Shown one piece after another: positions 28,013-36,654 of a stretch of DNA of 64,000 nt. The stretch comes from Nitrospirota bacterium (GTDB lineage: Bacteria; Nitrospirota; Thermodesulfovibrionia; UBA6902). The first letter of the stretch is position 1. Every line of letters begins with the position of its first letter. Made by a program: the position numbers and the translations under genes. The notes below the pieces were generated by a model. It did no database searches. It was not told the DNA's origin and saw only the letters and a program-made list of their open reading frames with translations. Location of the stretch: the NCBI GenBank assembly GCA_016215115.1, contig JACRLN010000037.1, positions 30,551 to 94,550 on the forward strand. Reading direction: 5' to 3'.

Positions 28013-29110
28013 ATGAACATTCTTGGAATAGGCATTGTTTTCAGCCGTGGAAGGGGCATAGATTGTTTTGAAAAAGCCCTTCAAGAGGGATGGCGAGCGC
28101 CTTCTGAGGTTGAAATAAAGGGTAAAAAATCTTTTGCATATCAGGTTGACCCACAGACAATATCTGACAAGACATTGCTGAAGAAAATGCGGCGTGCTGA
28201 CAAGTTGAGCAGAATGGCGGTGCTGGCTGCTGCTGATGCACTGAACAACAGCGGGATAGAAATTACAAACAAAAAAATCGGCATTATCACCTCCACAGCT
28301 TTTGGCGCTCATGTAACTACATTTGACTTCCTGAATGACATTCTTGATCACGGCGAGGCAAATGTATCTCCGACCACTTTTTCCAATTCTGTTCATAATG
28401 CCGCAGCTTCGTATGTATCTTCGGCGCTGGATATTGAGGGACCGACATTGACCGTGACGCAGTTTTTCTTCTCTTTTCATTCTGCACTTCAGCTTGCACA
28501 GGTATGGCTTGATGAAAAACGCTGCGATTATATCCTTGTAGGAGCTGTTGAGCAATACGGCGATGTGCTCGGTTATATATATGACTCGAAATTGAAGCAG
28601 GCGTCTGACGGCAGAATAAGGCCGTTCAATTTTACTCCGGCTTATCATGTGCCGGGGGAGGGCGCTGTCTTCTTTCTGGTGAGCAAAGAAGATCCGGAAA
28701 ATGCGTACTGTAAAGTTGAAGACATAAAAATTCGTCATTCCCGCGAAGGCGGGAATCCAGCCCTTCGACAAGCTCAGGGTGACAATATTGTTCAGGCAGA
28801 TTTAAATATCATTGACACAGACGGCATGTTGTCTGACGAATCTGTTTATATGTCAACGGTTTCTCCTCACATTCCGACAGCAGCTTATTCACCGTTATTC
28901 GGCAGCATGATGATAGGCAGCGCCTTCAACTGCACTGCAGGGGCATTAATGCTTAAGAAACAATTTTACTATGCAAATCCTGTTATGGATAACCCCCGGG
29001 GGATTCATCTTATAAATAATGCCAGATGCGCTAATATTGAATTAATTCGCTGTATAAGGTATAGTTGTCATAGCGAAAAAGCTGCTATCTATCTAAGAAA
29101 AAACCATTGA
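28013..29110 (+). CDS. KS-like protein without the active-site Cys (second CLF-like partner), carrying an in-frame MITE
   Basis: 365 aa; thiolase-fold-like sequence with ITSTAFGAH where the Cys motif is expected; residues RHSREGGNPALRQAQGD are encoded by repeat 28733-28783. Confidence 0.6.
   Translation: MNILGIGIVFSRGRGIDCFEKALQEGWRAPSEVEIKGKKSFAYQVDPQTISDKTLLKKMRRADKLSRMAVLAAADALNNSGIEITNKKIGIITSTAFGAHVTTFDFLNDILDHGEANVSPTTFSNSVHNAAASYVSSALDIEGPTLTVTQFFFSFHSALQLAQVWLDEKRCDYILVGAVEQYGDVLGYIYDSKLKQASDGRIRPFNFTPAYHVPGEGAVFFLVSKEDPENAYCKVEDIKIRHSREGGNPALRQAQGDNIVQADLNIIDTDGMLSDESVYMSTVSPHIPTAAYSPLFGSMMIGSAFNCTAGALMLKKQFYYANPVMDNPRGIHLINNARCANIELIRCIRYSCHSEKAAIYLRKNH
28733..28783. repeat. MITE family A/D hybrid copy A8, in frame inside a CDS
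   Basis: cgtcattcccgcgaaggcgggaatccag + cccttcgacaagctcagggtgac; 51 nt = 17 codons. The second half matches the intergenic copy at 53458-53480. Confidence 0.85.
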
Positions 29111-29125
29111 ATTTTCAACCCACAT

Positions 29126-29368
29126 ATGACATTGCAAAACATTCAGGACAAATTGATACAGGGAATCGCTGCGATAACAGCGAAAGATGAATCTTCTATT
29201 GCGCCGGATGTGCCTTTTCATAAACTGGGAATTGACTCTCTCGGCTTTGTAGAAATCCTCGTCTTCATAGAAAAGACTTTTAATCTTCAGTTAATAGAAT
29301 CAGGGCTGGACAAGAAAGATTTTGAGACAATCCGCTCCTTAGCAGCTTTTATTCATAAAAAATTATAA
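29126..29368 (+). CDS. Acyl carrier protein
   Basis: 80 aa; LGIDSLGFVEILV. Confidence 0.9.
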   Translation: MTLQNIQDKLIQGIAAITAKDESSIAPDVPFHKLGIDSLGFVEILVFIEKTFNLQLIESGLDKKDFETIRSLAAFIHKKL

Positions 29369-29370
29369 CT

Positions 29371-30717
29371 GTGGGTTTTGTAATTCCATCATCAAAGAAA
29401 AAGCATTATCTCTCCGGTTGCGACTGGGTAATCAACCTGCTGGATTACATGATGAAACAAACAACCTGCGCCGGCAACATGTCGCAGGTTGTGCTTGTTT
29501 TTGACTCGGTGATAAATCTTTCAGAGCTTCAAAACCGCTTACAACGGTTTATAAATAATTTCCCGGCAGTATACGGCAGCATAGCACGCGATATTAATAT
29601 TTGTCCTTACTGGCGAATACCTGAAAAAGCAGAAGGGAATTTAAAATTAACTTCTTACAATTGTCCCGGTGAGGGAGACCTGTGGACCTTGCTCGGTAAA
29701 TGTGTCAATAAGCCTTTCAAAGACGACAGCGAACATCTGGCATTCCATCTTATTAATATAGAAAACCGGAAAAGCTGTCTGGCGATGACCTTTGACCACC
29801 GCTTGTTTGATGCACGCGGAGCAGAAACCTTTCTTAAACTGTTTCAGCAGTATCTTGAAAATAATAATGATTCTGCAATCTCCACCGGCATTCCATTCAT
29901 TGCGCCGGCGTATCTTTCGGAGTGGATAAAGAAATTTCTTGCCGGCAGGAATGTTAACCGCAAGATAGTTTCCCTGTCTAAAAACCCTCCCGGAGCTTTG
30001 CCCGTCCCGGGCGATAAAAGCAAAGAGTTTAAGTTCAGATTAATTACTTTCAATCGGCAGGAGACACAAACAATTTACGAAAATGCATATAAAGCAGTGG
30101 GATATTTGATGGAGATGCCGTATCTGCTGACTGTTATAATGCAGGCTGTGAGTGAACTTTTTAAAAAGAGAAATGCGCAGGCAGACAGTTATTTAGCCGC
30201 TGTTTCAATCGACATGAGGACAAGCGAGGATGTTAAAGAGGAGTTGTTTTTCAATCATGTGTCCTATCTTTTCTTTCAGGCCCAATGTGATATTATAAAA
30301 AATCAAAAGGAACTTACAAACATCATCAAAATGCAGATGTATGAACAGGTGAAGGCTGGTATCCCACGCGATATAATGGAGGCAAGCCACTTGACCCGCA
30401 TTGCGCCCCTGCCGTTCCTGAAAAAGATAATCGATGTGCCGTTAAAGGGAAAGATCGCCACTTTTATTTTTTCGCATGTGAAAAAAAATCTTTTGTCTCC
30501 CGAAATTATGGGAACAGGGATAGAAAACGTTTTTCACATGCCGCGTGTTCCTGTACCTCCGGGGCTCGGTTTTTTCTCCAATTATTTTAACGGCAGGCTC
30601 AATCTGGTCATATCGTATCTTGACGGATTGATTAGTGATGAAGAAGTGAATATGCTGGGAAAAAATATAAGAGAGATGATGATAGAGATTCCCTCTCCCC
30701 CTGCGGGAGAGGGTTAG
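29371..30717 (+). CDS. HxxxD-motif acyltransferase, condensation-domain/WS-DGAT-like (tentative)
   Basis: 448 aa; MTFDHRLFDARG (HxxxD at nt 29797-29811) at the position typical for condensation-type enzymes; GTG start uncertain; the last codons are encoded by a hairpin repeat. Confidence 0.4.
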   Translation: MGFVIPSSKKKHYLSGCDWVINLLDYMMKQTTCAGNMSQVVLVFDSVINLSELQNRLQRFINNFPAVYGSIARDINICPYWRIPEKAEGNLKLTSYNCPGEGDLWTLLGKCVNKPFKDDSEHLAFHLINIENRKSCLAMTFDHRLFDARGAETFLKLFQQYLENNNDSAISTGIPFIAPAYLSEWIKKFLAGRNVNRKIVSLSKNPPGALPVPGDKSKEFKFRLITFNRQETQTIYENAYKAVGYLMEMPYLLTVIMQAVSELFKKRNAQADSYLAAVSIDMRTSEDVKEELFFNHVSYLFFQAQCDIIKNQKELTNIIKMQMYEQVKAGIPRDIMEASHLTRIAPLPFLKKIIDVPLKGKIATFIFSHVKKNLLSPEIMGTGIENVFHMPRVPVPPGLGFFSNYFNGRLNLVISYLDGLISDEEVNMLGKNIREMMIEIPSPPAGEG

Positions 30718-30721
30718 GCTG

Positions 30722-32014
30722 ATGGGGGAATTGCGAATGAATACTTCCTGTGATGTGCTCGTCATCGGCGCGGGTGTTTCTGGCGTAGCGGCAGCAGTTG
30801 CGGCGGCGCGCGCAGGAGCAAAAATCATTTTGACGGAAAAAGAAAACTTCCTGGGGGGAGTTGGATATTCCGGGCTGCACCAGTACATATGCGGTTTATA
30901 TCTGAATGGTGAGGCCATACCCGGGGAGACCTTGAATGAAGGGGTCGTCCGTGAGATCGTTGGTCTTTTAAATAAATTATCACCTCAAAGAACAATAAAG
31001 AAAATAGGGCAGGTGTATGTGCTGCCTTATTCAGGAGAGGACCTCGCAGTTGCTTTCGGCTCCTTGTGCCGGAATGAAAAAAATTTAAAGGTATTTTTCA
31101 ATACATCTGCGGTTGAAGTTAAGAAGAAAAATAAGATGATAGTTGAGGTGATACTGAGCAATGACGTTGAAAAATCCCCCCATCCCCCCTTTCATAAAGG
31201 GGCTGGGATCCCGTTGCCGCGAAGCATTGCAACGGGAAGCGGGGGGATTACCAGTCACAAAATAATCCCAAAAATTGTAATCGACTGCACGGGTAGTGGT
31301 GATATTTCTGCGATGGCGGGCGCAAGTTTTGAATTGTCTCCACGGGCGAAAAGGCAGCTTGCCGGATTTACAGTCCGTTTGGAAGGACTGAAAGACAGCG
31401 GTGACATTCTTTCAATAAAGGTGCCTTATTATTTGTCACAGGCGGTGAACAAGAAACTCCTTCCCGCATATTTGAGATTTACCGCCTTCAGCGCGGGAGA
31501 AACGGACGGCGAGGGATTTTGTAAAATAAATGTCGGCGGCCCCGACAGCGCCAGACGTGAACAGACTGTCAGAAAAGACGCTCTGAAGATGATCAACTAT
31601 TTAGCAAAAAAACTGCCTTCATTTAAAGGCGCTTATATTGCGGAAACTTCTTTGAGAGTTATGGAGAGGGAAGGCAGGAGGGTTTGCGGTGAGTATACAT
31701 TAACTGAAGACGATGTCCTCAATGCCGGAAAATTTGACGACGGCGTTGTGAAAAATTCATGGCCCATGGAAATATGGGACAAAAAGAAGGGGACGATTTA
31801 TAAATACGTCAAAACAGGCGACTATTATGAAATCCCTTTTCGTTGCCTGAAGGCAAGAGGAATTCATAACCTTTTATTAGCAGGGCGCTGCATCTCCGTA
31901 ACACGCGAGGTGCTCGGCTCCACACGCGTGATGGGCACATGTATTTCACTGGGAGAAGAGGCGGGAAAAGCAGCGGCGTATTACCTTGAAAAAGGGAAGT
32001 ATCCTTTTCTCTGA
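30722..32014 (+). CDS. FAD-dependent oxidoreductase carrying an in-frame palindromic repeat
   Basis: DVLVIGAGVSGVAAAVAAARAGAKIILTEK dinucleotide fold; alternative start ATG 30737; ~27 residues (KSPHPPFHKGAGIPLPRSIATGSGGIT) come from a repeat. Confidence 0.75.
   Translation: MGELRMNTSCDVLVIGAGVSGVAAAVAAARAGAKIILTEKENFLGGVGYSGLHQYICGLYLNGEAIPGETLNEGVVREIVGLLNKLSPQRTIKKIGQVYVLPYSGEDLAVAFGSLCRNEKNLKVFFNTSAVEVKKKNKMIVEVILSNDVEKSPHPPFHKGAGIPLPRSIATGSGGITSHKIIPKIVIDCTGSGDISAMAGASFELSPRAKRQLAGFTVRLEGLKDSGDILSIKVPYYLSQAVNKKLLPAYLRFTAFSAGETDGEGFCKINVGGPDSARREQTVRKDALKMINYLAKKLPSFKGAYIAETSLRVMEREGRRVCGEYTLTEDDVLNAGKFDDGVVKNSWPMEIWDKKKGTIYKYVKTGDYYEIPFRCLKARGIHNLLLAGRCISVTREVLGSTRVMGTCISLGEEAGKAAAYYLEKGKYPFL
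31171..31251. repeat. Family C-like nested-hairpin element (copy C4) inside a CDS
   Basis: Outer stem aatcccccc/ggggggatt (31173-31181 / 31241-31249); inner stems cccctttcataaagggg and cccgttgc..gcaacggg. Confidence 0.75.
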
Positions 32015-32020
32015 AAGAGC

Positions 32021-32204
32021 ATAATTAGAGTCTGTCCATAAAGTCAAACACTGAAGCGTCATTCACGCAGTCTGTTGAGCGGGAATCCAGTCTTATTAAC
32101 AAGTTCTGGATGCCCGATTAAAGACCCCCGATTACGACACTCGAGGGCAGGCTTCGGGCATGACAAAAATAAAAAATAGCAATTTATGGACAAATACTAA
32201 TAAC
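32021..32204. repeat. MITE family A copy A9 (complete, long form)
   Basis: Termini attagagtctgtccataaa / tttatggacaaatactaat enclosing gtcattcacgc..gcgggaatccag and ctggatgcccg...cgggcatgac. Confidence 0.85.
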
Positions 32205-32272
32205 CTATAGCATTCACACGAAAGTTGGAATCCAGTATAATAAACTGATTCTGGACACCTGCTTTTGCAGGA

Positions 32273-33745
32273 ATGAGTATAAAAAGTATATCTATCAATC
32301 TCGGGAGGCCGCCATTGCGCATATTACTTGTCAAGCCGCATCCGCAATTGCTTATAGCAAAACGCCTGCAGGAAGGTTTTCTGCATCTTGAACCTCTGGA
32401 ACTGGAAATAGTAGCAGGGGGAGTGCCTGCAGAAGACGAGGTATCGATTTGTGACCTGGGGGTTGAGAATAAACCTCTCCGGAAATTCCATGAGCAATTA
32501 AAAATGATAAACCCCCATATTGTCGGGTTTACCGGATACAGTTCACAGTCTGCCATGGTAAAGAAACTGGCAAAGATGTCAAAAGAGTATGATCCTTCGG
32601 TTATTAATGTGGCAGGCGGTGTTCATGCGACAATTATCCCGGCTGATTACGCAGTAGACGGGATTGATATTATTGTACGCGGCGAAGGCGGAACAACCTT
32701 CCGCGAGATTGTGAACCGTTACAAGCGAGGCCAGACGCTTTACTTCGGAGATGTATCATTGTCTCCCAAAGACCCTGATTTTCAGAAGAAGGCGGAAATG
32801 CCTCCGCCTGAATTCCCCCCGGTACATGACATACCCCGTCCGCGAAGGGACCTGGTCCAGCGCTCAAAATATTTCTGTGTCTGGACCTCGGCTCCTGAAA
32901 ACAGACTGGATACCATGTTCCCCCGGACAGCCAGCATGCGCACCTCCACAGGCTGTGCATTCAACTGTTCTTTCTGTGTAGTACATTACATCATGCGCGG
33001 TAAATATCTGCAGCGGACGCCTGAAGACGTCGTTGATGAAATAGCACAGATAAAAGAAGACAATATTTATTTCGTTGATGATGAGACCTTTCTGAATAAA
33101 AAGCGTATGACTGATATTGCTAATCTCCTGCTCGAAAAGGGAATAAAAAAGAAATATATCAGTTGGGCCCGGAGCGATACCATCGTGAAACACCCTGAAT
33201 TGTTCCGGCTCTGGAAAGAAACCGGGTTGGGACTGGTCTACGTCGGTCTTGAGGCAATGAGAGGGTCGCAATTAGACAATTATAATAAAAGGACAAACGT
33301 TGAGACTAACCGCAAAGCAGTGTCCATACTTCGTGAGATCGGCATAACGCTTCATGCAAGCTTTATCGTCGATCCCGACTTTACAGTTAAAGATTTTGTC
33401 TCGCTCGAAAAAGATGTTTTGGACCTCTGCCCTGCAGAAGTGACTTTCACGGTGTTCTCACCCGCGCCCGGAACGGAATTGTTCCAGAAACATAAAAAAG
33501 ATTATATTTGCGATCCGTTTTTATTTTACGACTGCATGCATACAATACTTCCGACGAGGCTTGGACTTAAAAAATTCTACGAGCATTTCGGACGGCTCTC
33601 CAGCGTTGCTCTCAGGGCCAATCCGCTGAGGGTCAACAAGGTCAGGGTCCCGAGAAAAGAGGTCCTTAAGGTTATTTACCGCGGTACCAGATATATTTTT
33701 GCTCTCCGGAACATGTATAAAGATTATACGCTGGATACGAAATGA
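32273..33745 (+). CDS. B12-binding-domain radical SAM enzyme (class B)
   Basis: 490 aa; LRILLVKPHPQ... N-terminal domain; cluster motif STGCAFNCSFCVV. Confidence 0.85.
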   Translation: MSIKSISINLGRPPLRILLVKPHPQLLIAKRLQEGFLHLEPLELEIVAGGVPAEDEVSICDLGVENKPLRKFHEQLKMINPHIVGFTGYSSQSAMVKKLAKMSKEYDPSVINVAGGVHATIIPADYAVDGIDIIVRGEGGTTFREIVNRYKRGQTLYFGDVSLSPKDPDFQKKAEMPPPEFPPVHDIPRPRRDLVQRSKYFCVWTSAPENRLDTMFPRTASMRTSTGCAFNCSFCVVHYIMRGKYLQRTPEDVVDEIAQIKEDNIYFVDDETFLNKKRMTDIANLLLEKGIKKKYISWARSDTIVKHPELFRLWKETGLGLVYVGLEAMRGSQLDNYNKRTNVETNRKAVSILREIGITLHASFIVDPDFTVKDFVSLEKDVLDLCPAEVTFTVFSPAPGTELFQKHKKDYICDPFLFYDCMHTILPTRLGLKKFYEHFGRLSSVALRANPLRVNKVRVPRKEVLKVIYRGTRYIFALRNMYKDYTLDTK

Positions 33746-35172
33746 ATATCTTCCAGATAATCAAACTTGAAACATCTCAATTCAGCAATAAGCCTGCTGT
33801 GATTGAAGATGATTACAGTGTGACTTATGGACAGTTGATTTCTTCTGCCGAATTAATCGCTTCCTCTCTGAAAGAAGAAGGTGTTATTTCGTTTCATCGG
33901 GTGGGACTGCTTTGCAGCGACGGCATTGACTATATTGTTGCAAGCCTGTCAATTTTGTATCTGTCGGCAATAGTTGTTCCAATCTCAATTGACAACACCG
34001 GAGATGAGATCGATGAGATCCTCGACAGGATGTTGATAGACTTTCTGATTTTTGAAAAAGGCTCATACAATTACGAAGGCGCTCATGACCTTAAATCAAA
34101 AGGATTAATAAGGAAAGAACTTTATATTAAAAAGAGAACGCTTAAAGAAAAGCCTTGCGATGAATATTATAAAATCAATCCTGCATTTATCCGCTTCAGT
34201 TCCGGGACCACCGGTACAAGCAAGGGCGTTGTTTTGTCGCATGAGTCCATCATTGAAAGGACCGATGCGGCCGATAAAGGGTTGAAAATAAAACCGGATG
34301 ATACGGTGCTATGGATACTTTCCATGAGCTTTCACTTTGTGGTGACCATTCTCCTGTTCCTTCGCCGTGCTTCAACCATTGTGCTCTGCGGCCATCATTT
34401 TCCTGGATCCCTGATTGAAGGCATCACTAAACATAACGGGACCTTTATCTATGCCTCGCCTTTTCATTACAATTTATTGGCCGGTTCGAATCTTATCCCT
34501 CACGGCTCTTTTGAAAAAATACGCATAGCTGTTTCGACTGCGATGAAATTGCCTGAAAACGTCGCTGATGAATTTTTTAGAAAGTTCGGTATTGCATTGA
34601 CTGAAGCATATGGAATCATAGAGGTTGGATTACCTTTTATTAATCTCTCAACTGATAAAAACAAACCTGACTCAGTGGGTAAGGCATTGCCGGATTATGA
34701 GGTCACGGTACTTAATAAAGATGAAGACGGGGTCGGGGAAATTAATATCAGAGGCAAAGGTATGCTGGACGCTTATTTTTCGCCCTGGCAGAACAGGGAG
34801 GACATTCTGCAGGAGGGTTGGTTCAAAACAGGCGATTTAGGCAGAATAGACAAAGACGATTTTCTGACGATAGTGGGGCGCGAAAAAGATGTTATTAATT
34901 TTGTCGGGATGAAGGTTTTTCCATATGAGGTCGAATCTGTAATAAATCAATTCACCGGCGTGAAAGAATCCTGTGTTTACGGCGAGAATCATCCAAAGTA
35001 TGGTCAACTGCCAATGGTAAAAGTTGTATTGAAAGATGGCGCCGGCACATCGCGGATTCTTGAAGACCTGAGAAAATATTGTTACCGGAAGCTCGCACAA
35101 TACAAAGTTCCAAAGGGATTTGAGATAGTTAATGAAATACCAAAAACAGTTAGCGGGAAGATTAAGCGATGA
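33742..35172 (+). CDS. AMP-dependent synthetase/ligase (fatty acyl-AMP/CoA ligase-like)
   Basis: 476 aa; FSSGTTGTSKGV, TGDLG and C-terminal GKIKR motifs; ATGA overlaps at both ends. Confidence 0.85.
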   Translation: MNIFQIIKLETSQFSNKPAVIEDDYSVTYGQLISSAELIASSLKEEGVISFHRVGLLCSDGIDYIVASLSILYLSAIVVPISIDNTGDEIDEILDRMLIDFLIFEKGSYNYEGAHDLKSKGLIRKELYIKKRTLKEKPCDEYYKINPAFIRFSSGTTGTSKGVVLSHESIIERTDAADKGLKIKPDDTVLWILSMSFHFVVTILLFLRRASTIVLCGHHFPGSLIEGITKHNGTFIYASPFHYNLLAGSNLIPHGSFEKIRIAVSTAMKLPENVADEFFRKFGIALTEAYGIIEVGLPFINLSTDKNKPDSVGKALPDYEVTVLNKDEDGVGEINIRGKGMLDAYFSPWQNREDILQEGWFKTGDLGRIDKDDFLTIVGREKDVINFVGMKVFPYEVESVINQFTGVKESCVYGENHPKYGQLPMVKVVLKDGAGTSRILEDLRKYCYRKLAQYKVPKGFEIVNEIPKTVSGKIKR

Positions 35173-36584
35173 AAATACTCCTCATTAATCCATTCGGTTC
35201 AAACTGGATAGAAGGCCGCAGGGACGATACAGAAACGGCTGTGCGGCTGGCCCCGATGGGGATACTTTTTGTGGCCTCCTATCTCATGAAAAAGGGTTTT
35301 GACGTAGATATTTATAACTGCCGCGGCAAGGCTGACAGGGGAACCTCAGATCTTATTAATAAGGTCATTTCCCTTAAGCCCGATATTGTCGGCTTTACAT
35401 CCACAACATCAAGCTTCCCGGGCGCCTATCATCTGGCAACGGAGATCAGGAAGGCGCTTCCGGATGTGAAGATCGTGTTCGGCGGAGTCCATATTTCAGC
35501 ATTGAGAGAGAAGATCCTTGAAAAATTTCCTCTCATAGATTTTCTCGTGACCGGTGAAGGAGAGATCGCCATGACTGAACTGGCCGGGGGGAAAGACCCA
35601 CGTATGATACAGGGGGTGCTCTCCCGCGATGCCCATGGCATTCAATCCTGCGGATTCCGGACCGAGCTGTGTGAACTCGATGATCTCCCGTTTCCCGCAT
35701 ACAGCAAGCTCGAAGGGTTCCCGAAATACTTTGAGCCTCCGCTTTTCAATTATCCCAGGGCCCCAAGCGCTTCAATAATCTCCAGCAGGGGCTGTCCTTA
35801 CCAGTGTTCCTATTGCGACCGGTCTGTTTTCAGGAAAAGCTTCAGGTATAACTCGGCTGAATATCTCTATGAACACATGGCCCTTCTCAAGAAGGACTTC
35901 AAGGTGAGACACATTTTTTTCTATGACGATCTCTTTACCTTTAACCGGAAAAGGGTAGAGGATTTTTGCGGACTGCTCCGGAAAAAGCCTTTGCACATGA
36001 CATTCAACTGCGCGGTAAGGGTAGGGCATGCAGACGACGCGCTCCTTCAGACGCTTAAGGCCGCCGGCGGATGGATGGTGAGTATAGGGATGGAATCCGG
36101 AGACCAGGGATTGCTTGAAAGACATAAATCAAATGTGACACTGAATGAGATCAGGGACACCGTCAGGCGGATAAAGAAAAACGGCATGAGGGTCAAAGGG
36201 CTCTTTATGATGGGGCTTCCGGGCGAGACCGAACAGACTATAAAAGGAACATCTGATTTTATCGAAGAACTCAGGCTTGATGATATGAATATGACCAAGT
36301 TCACGCCCTTTCCCGGCGCTCCTTCCTATAAGACGATCAATGAAGAGGGGACGTTCGATGAGAGATGGGAATTAATGAACTGCATGAATTTTGTCTTTGT
36401 GCCTAAGGGAATAGAATCCAAAGAGAAGATGGAGAAACTTCACAGACAGGCTATCAAGAGGTTCTACACCGGAAAGAACTGGATGTCGAAATTCTGGCCT
36501 TTGATGTTCAAATGTCCTGACAGCACCTTCAGGCTTATAAAGAACCTTCCCACGTTTTTGAGGATAAGGGACCAGTTCGAATAA
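35169..36584 (+). CDS. B12-binding-domain radical SAM enzyme (class B)
   Basis: 471 aa; MKILLINPFG...; cluster motif SSRGCPYQCSYCD. Confidence 0.85.
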   Translation: MKILLINPFGSNWIEGRRDDTETAVRLAPMGILFVASYLMKKGFDVDIYNCRGKADRGTSDLINKVISLKPDIVGFTSTTSSFPGAYHLATEIRKALPDVKIVFGGVHISALREKILEKFPLIDFLVTGEGEIAMTELAGGKDPRMIQGVLSRDAHGIQSCGFRTELCELDDLPFPAYSKLEGFPKYFEPPLFNYPRAPSASIISSRGCPYQCSYCDRSVFRKSFRYNSAEYLYEHMALLKKDFKVRHIFFYDDLFTFNRKRVEDFCGLLRKKPLHMTFNCAVRVGHADDALLQTLKAAGGWMVSIGMESGDQGLLERHKSNVTLNEIRDTVRRIKKNGMRVKGLFMMGLPGETEQTIKGTSDFIEELRLDDMNMTKFTPFPGAPSYKTINEEGTFDERWELMNCMNFVFVPKGIESKEKMEKLHRQAIKRFYTGKNWMSKFWPLMFKCPDSTFRLIKNLPTFLRIRDQFE

Positions 36585-36654
36585 GGGTTTTTATTTCACT
36601 TGAGTACATAAGAATGACCATAAACTAAAGCAGAAACTAAAAAGGAAGATATAG

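Noticed and set aside
27647-28771. 374-aa minus-strand ORF antisense to two KS genes
   Set aside because: It starts inside the MITE (MSKGWIPAFAGMT, the usual repeat-derived peptide). It has no recognisable motifs and a low-complexity, Arg/Ser-rich composition. It lies entirely opposite two ORFs with clear KS motifs, so I read it as a shadow ORF.
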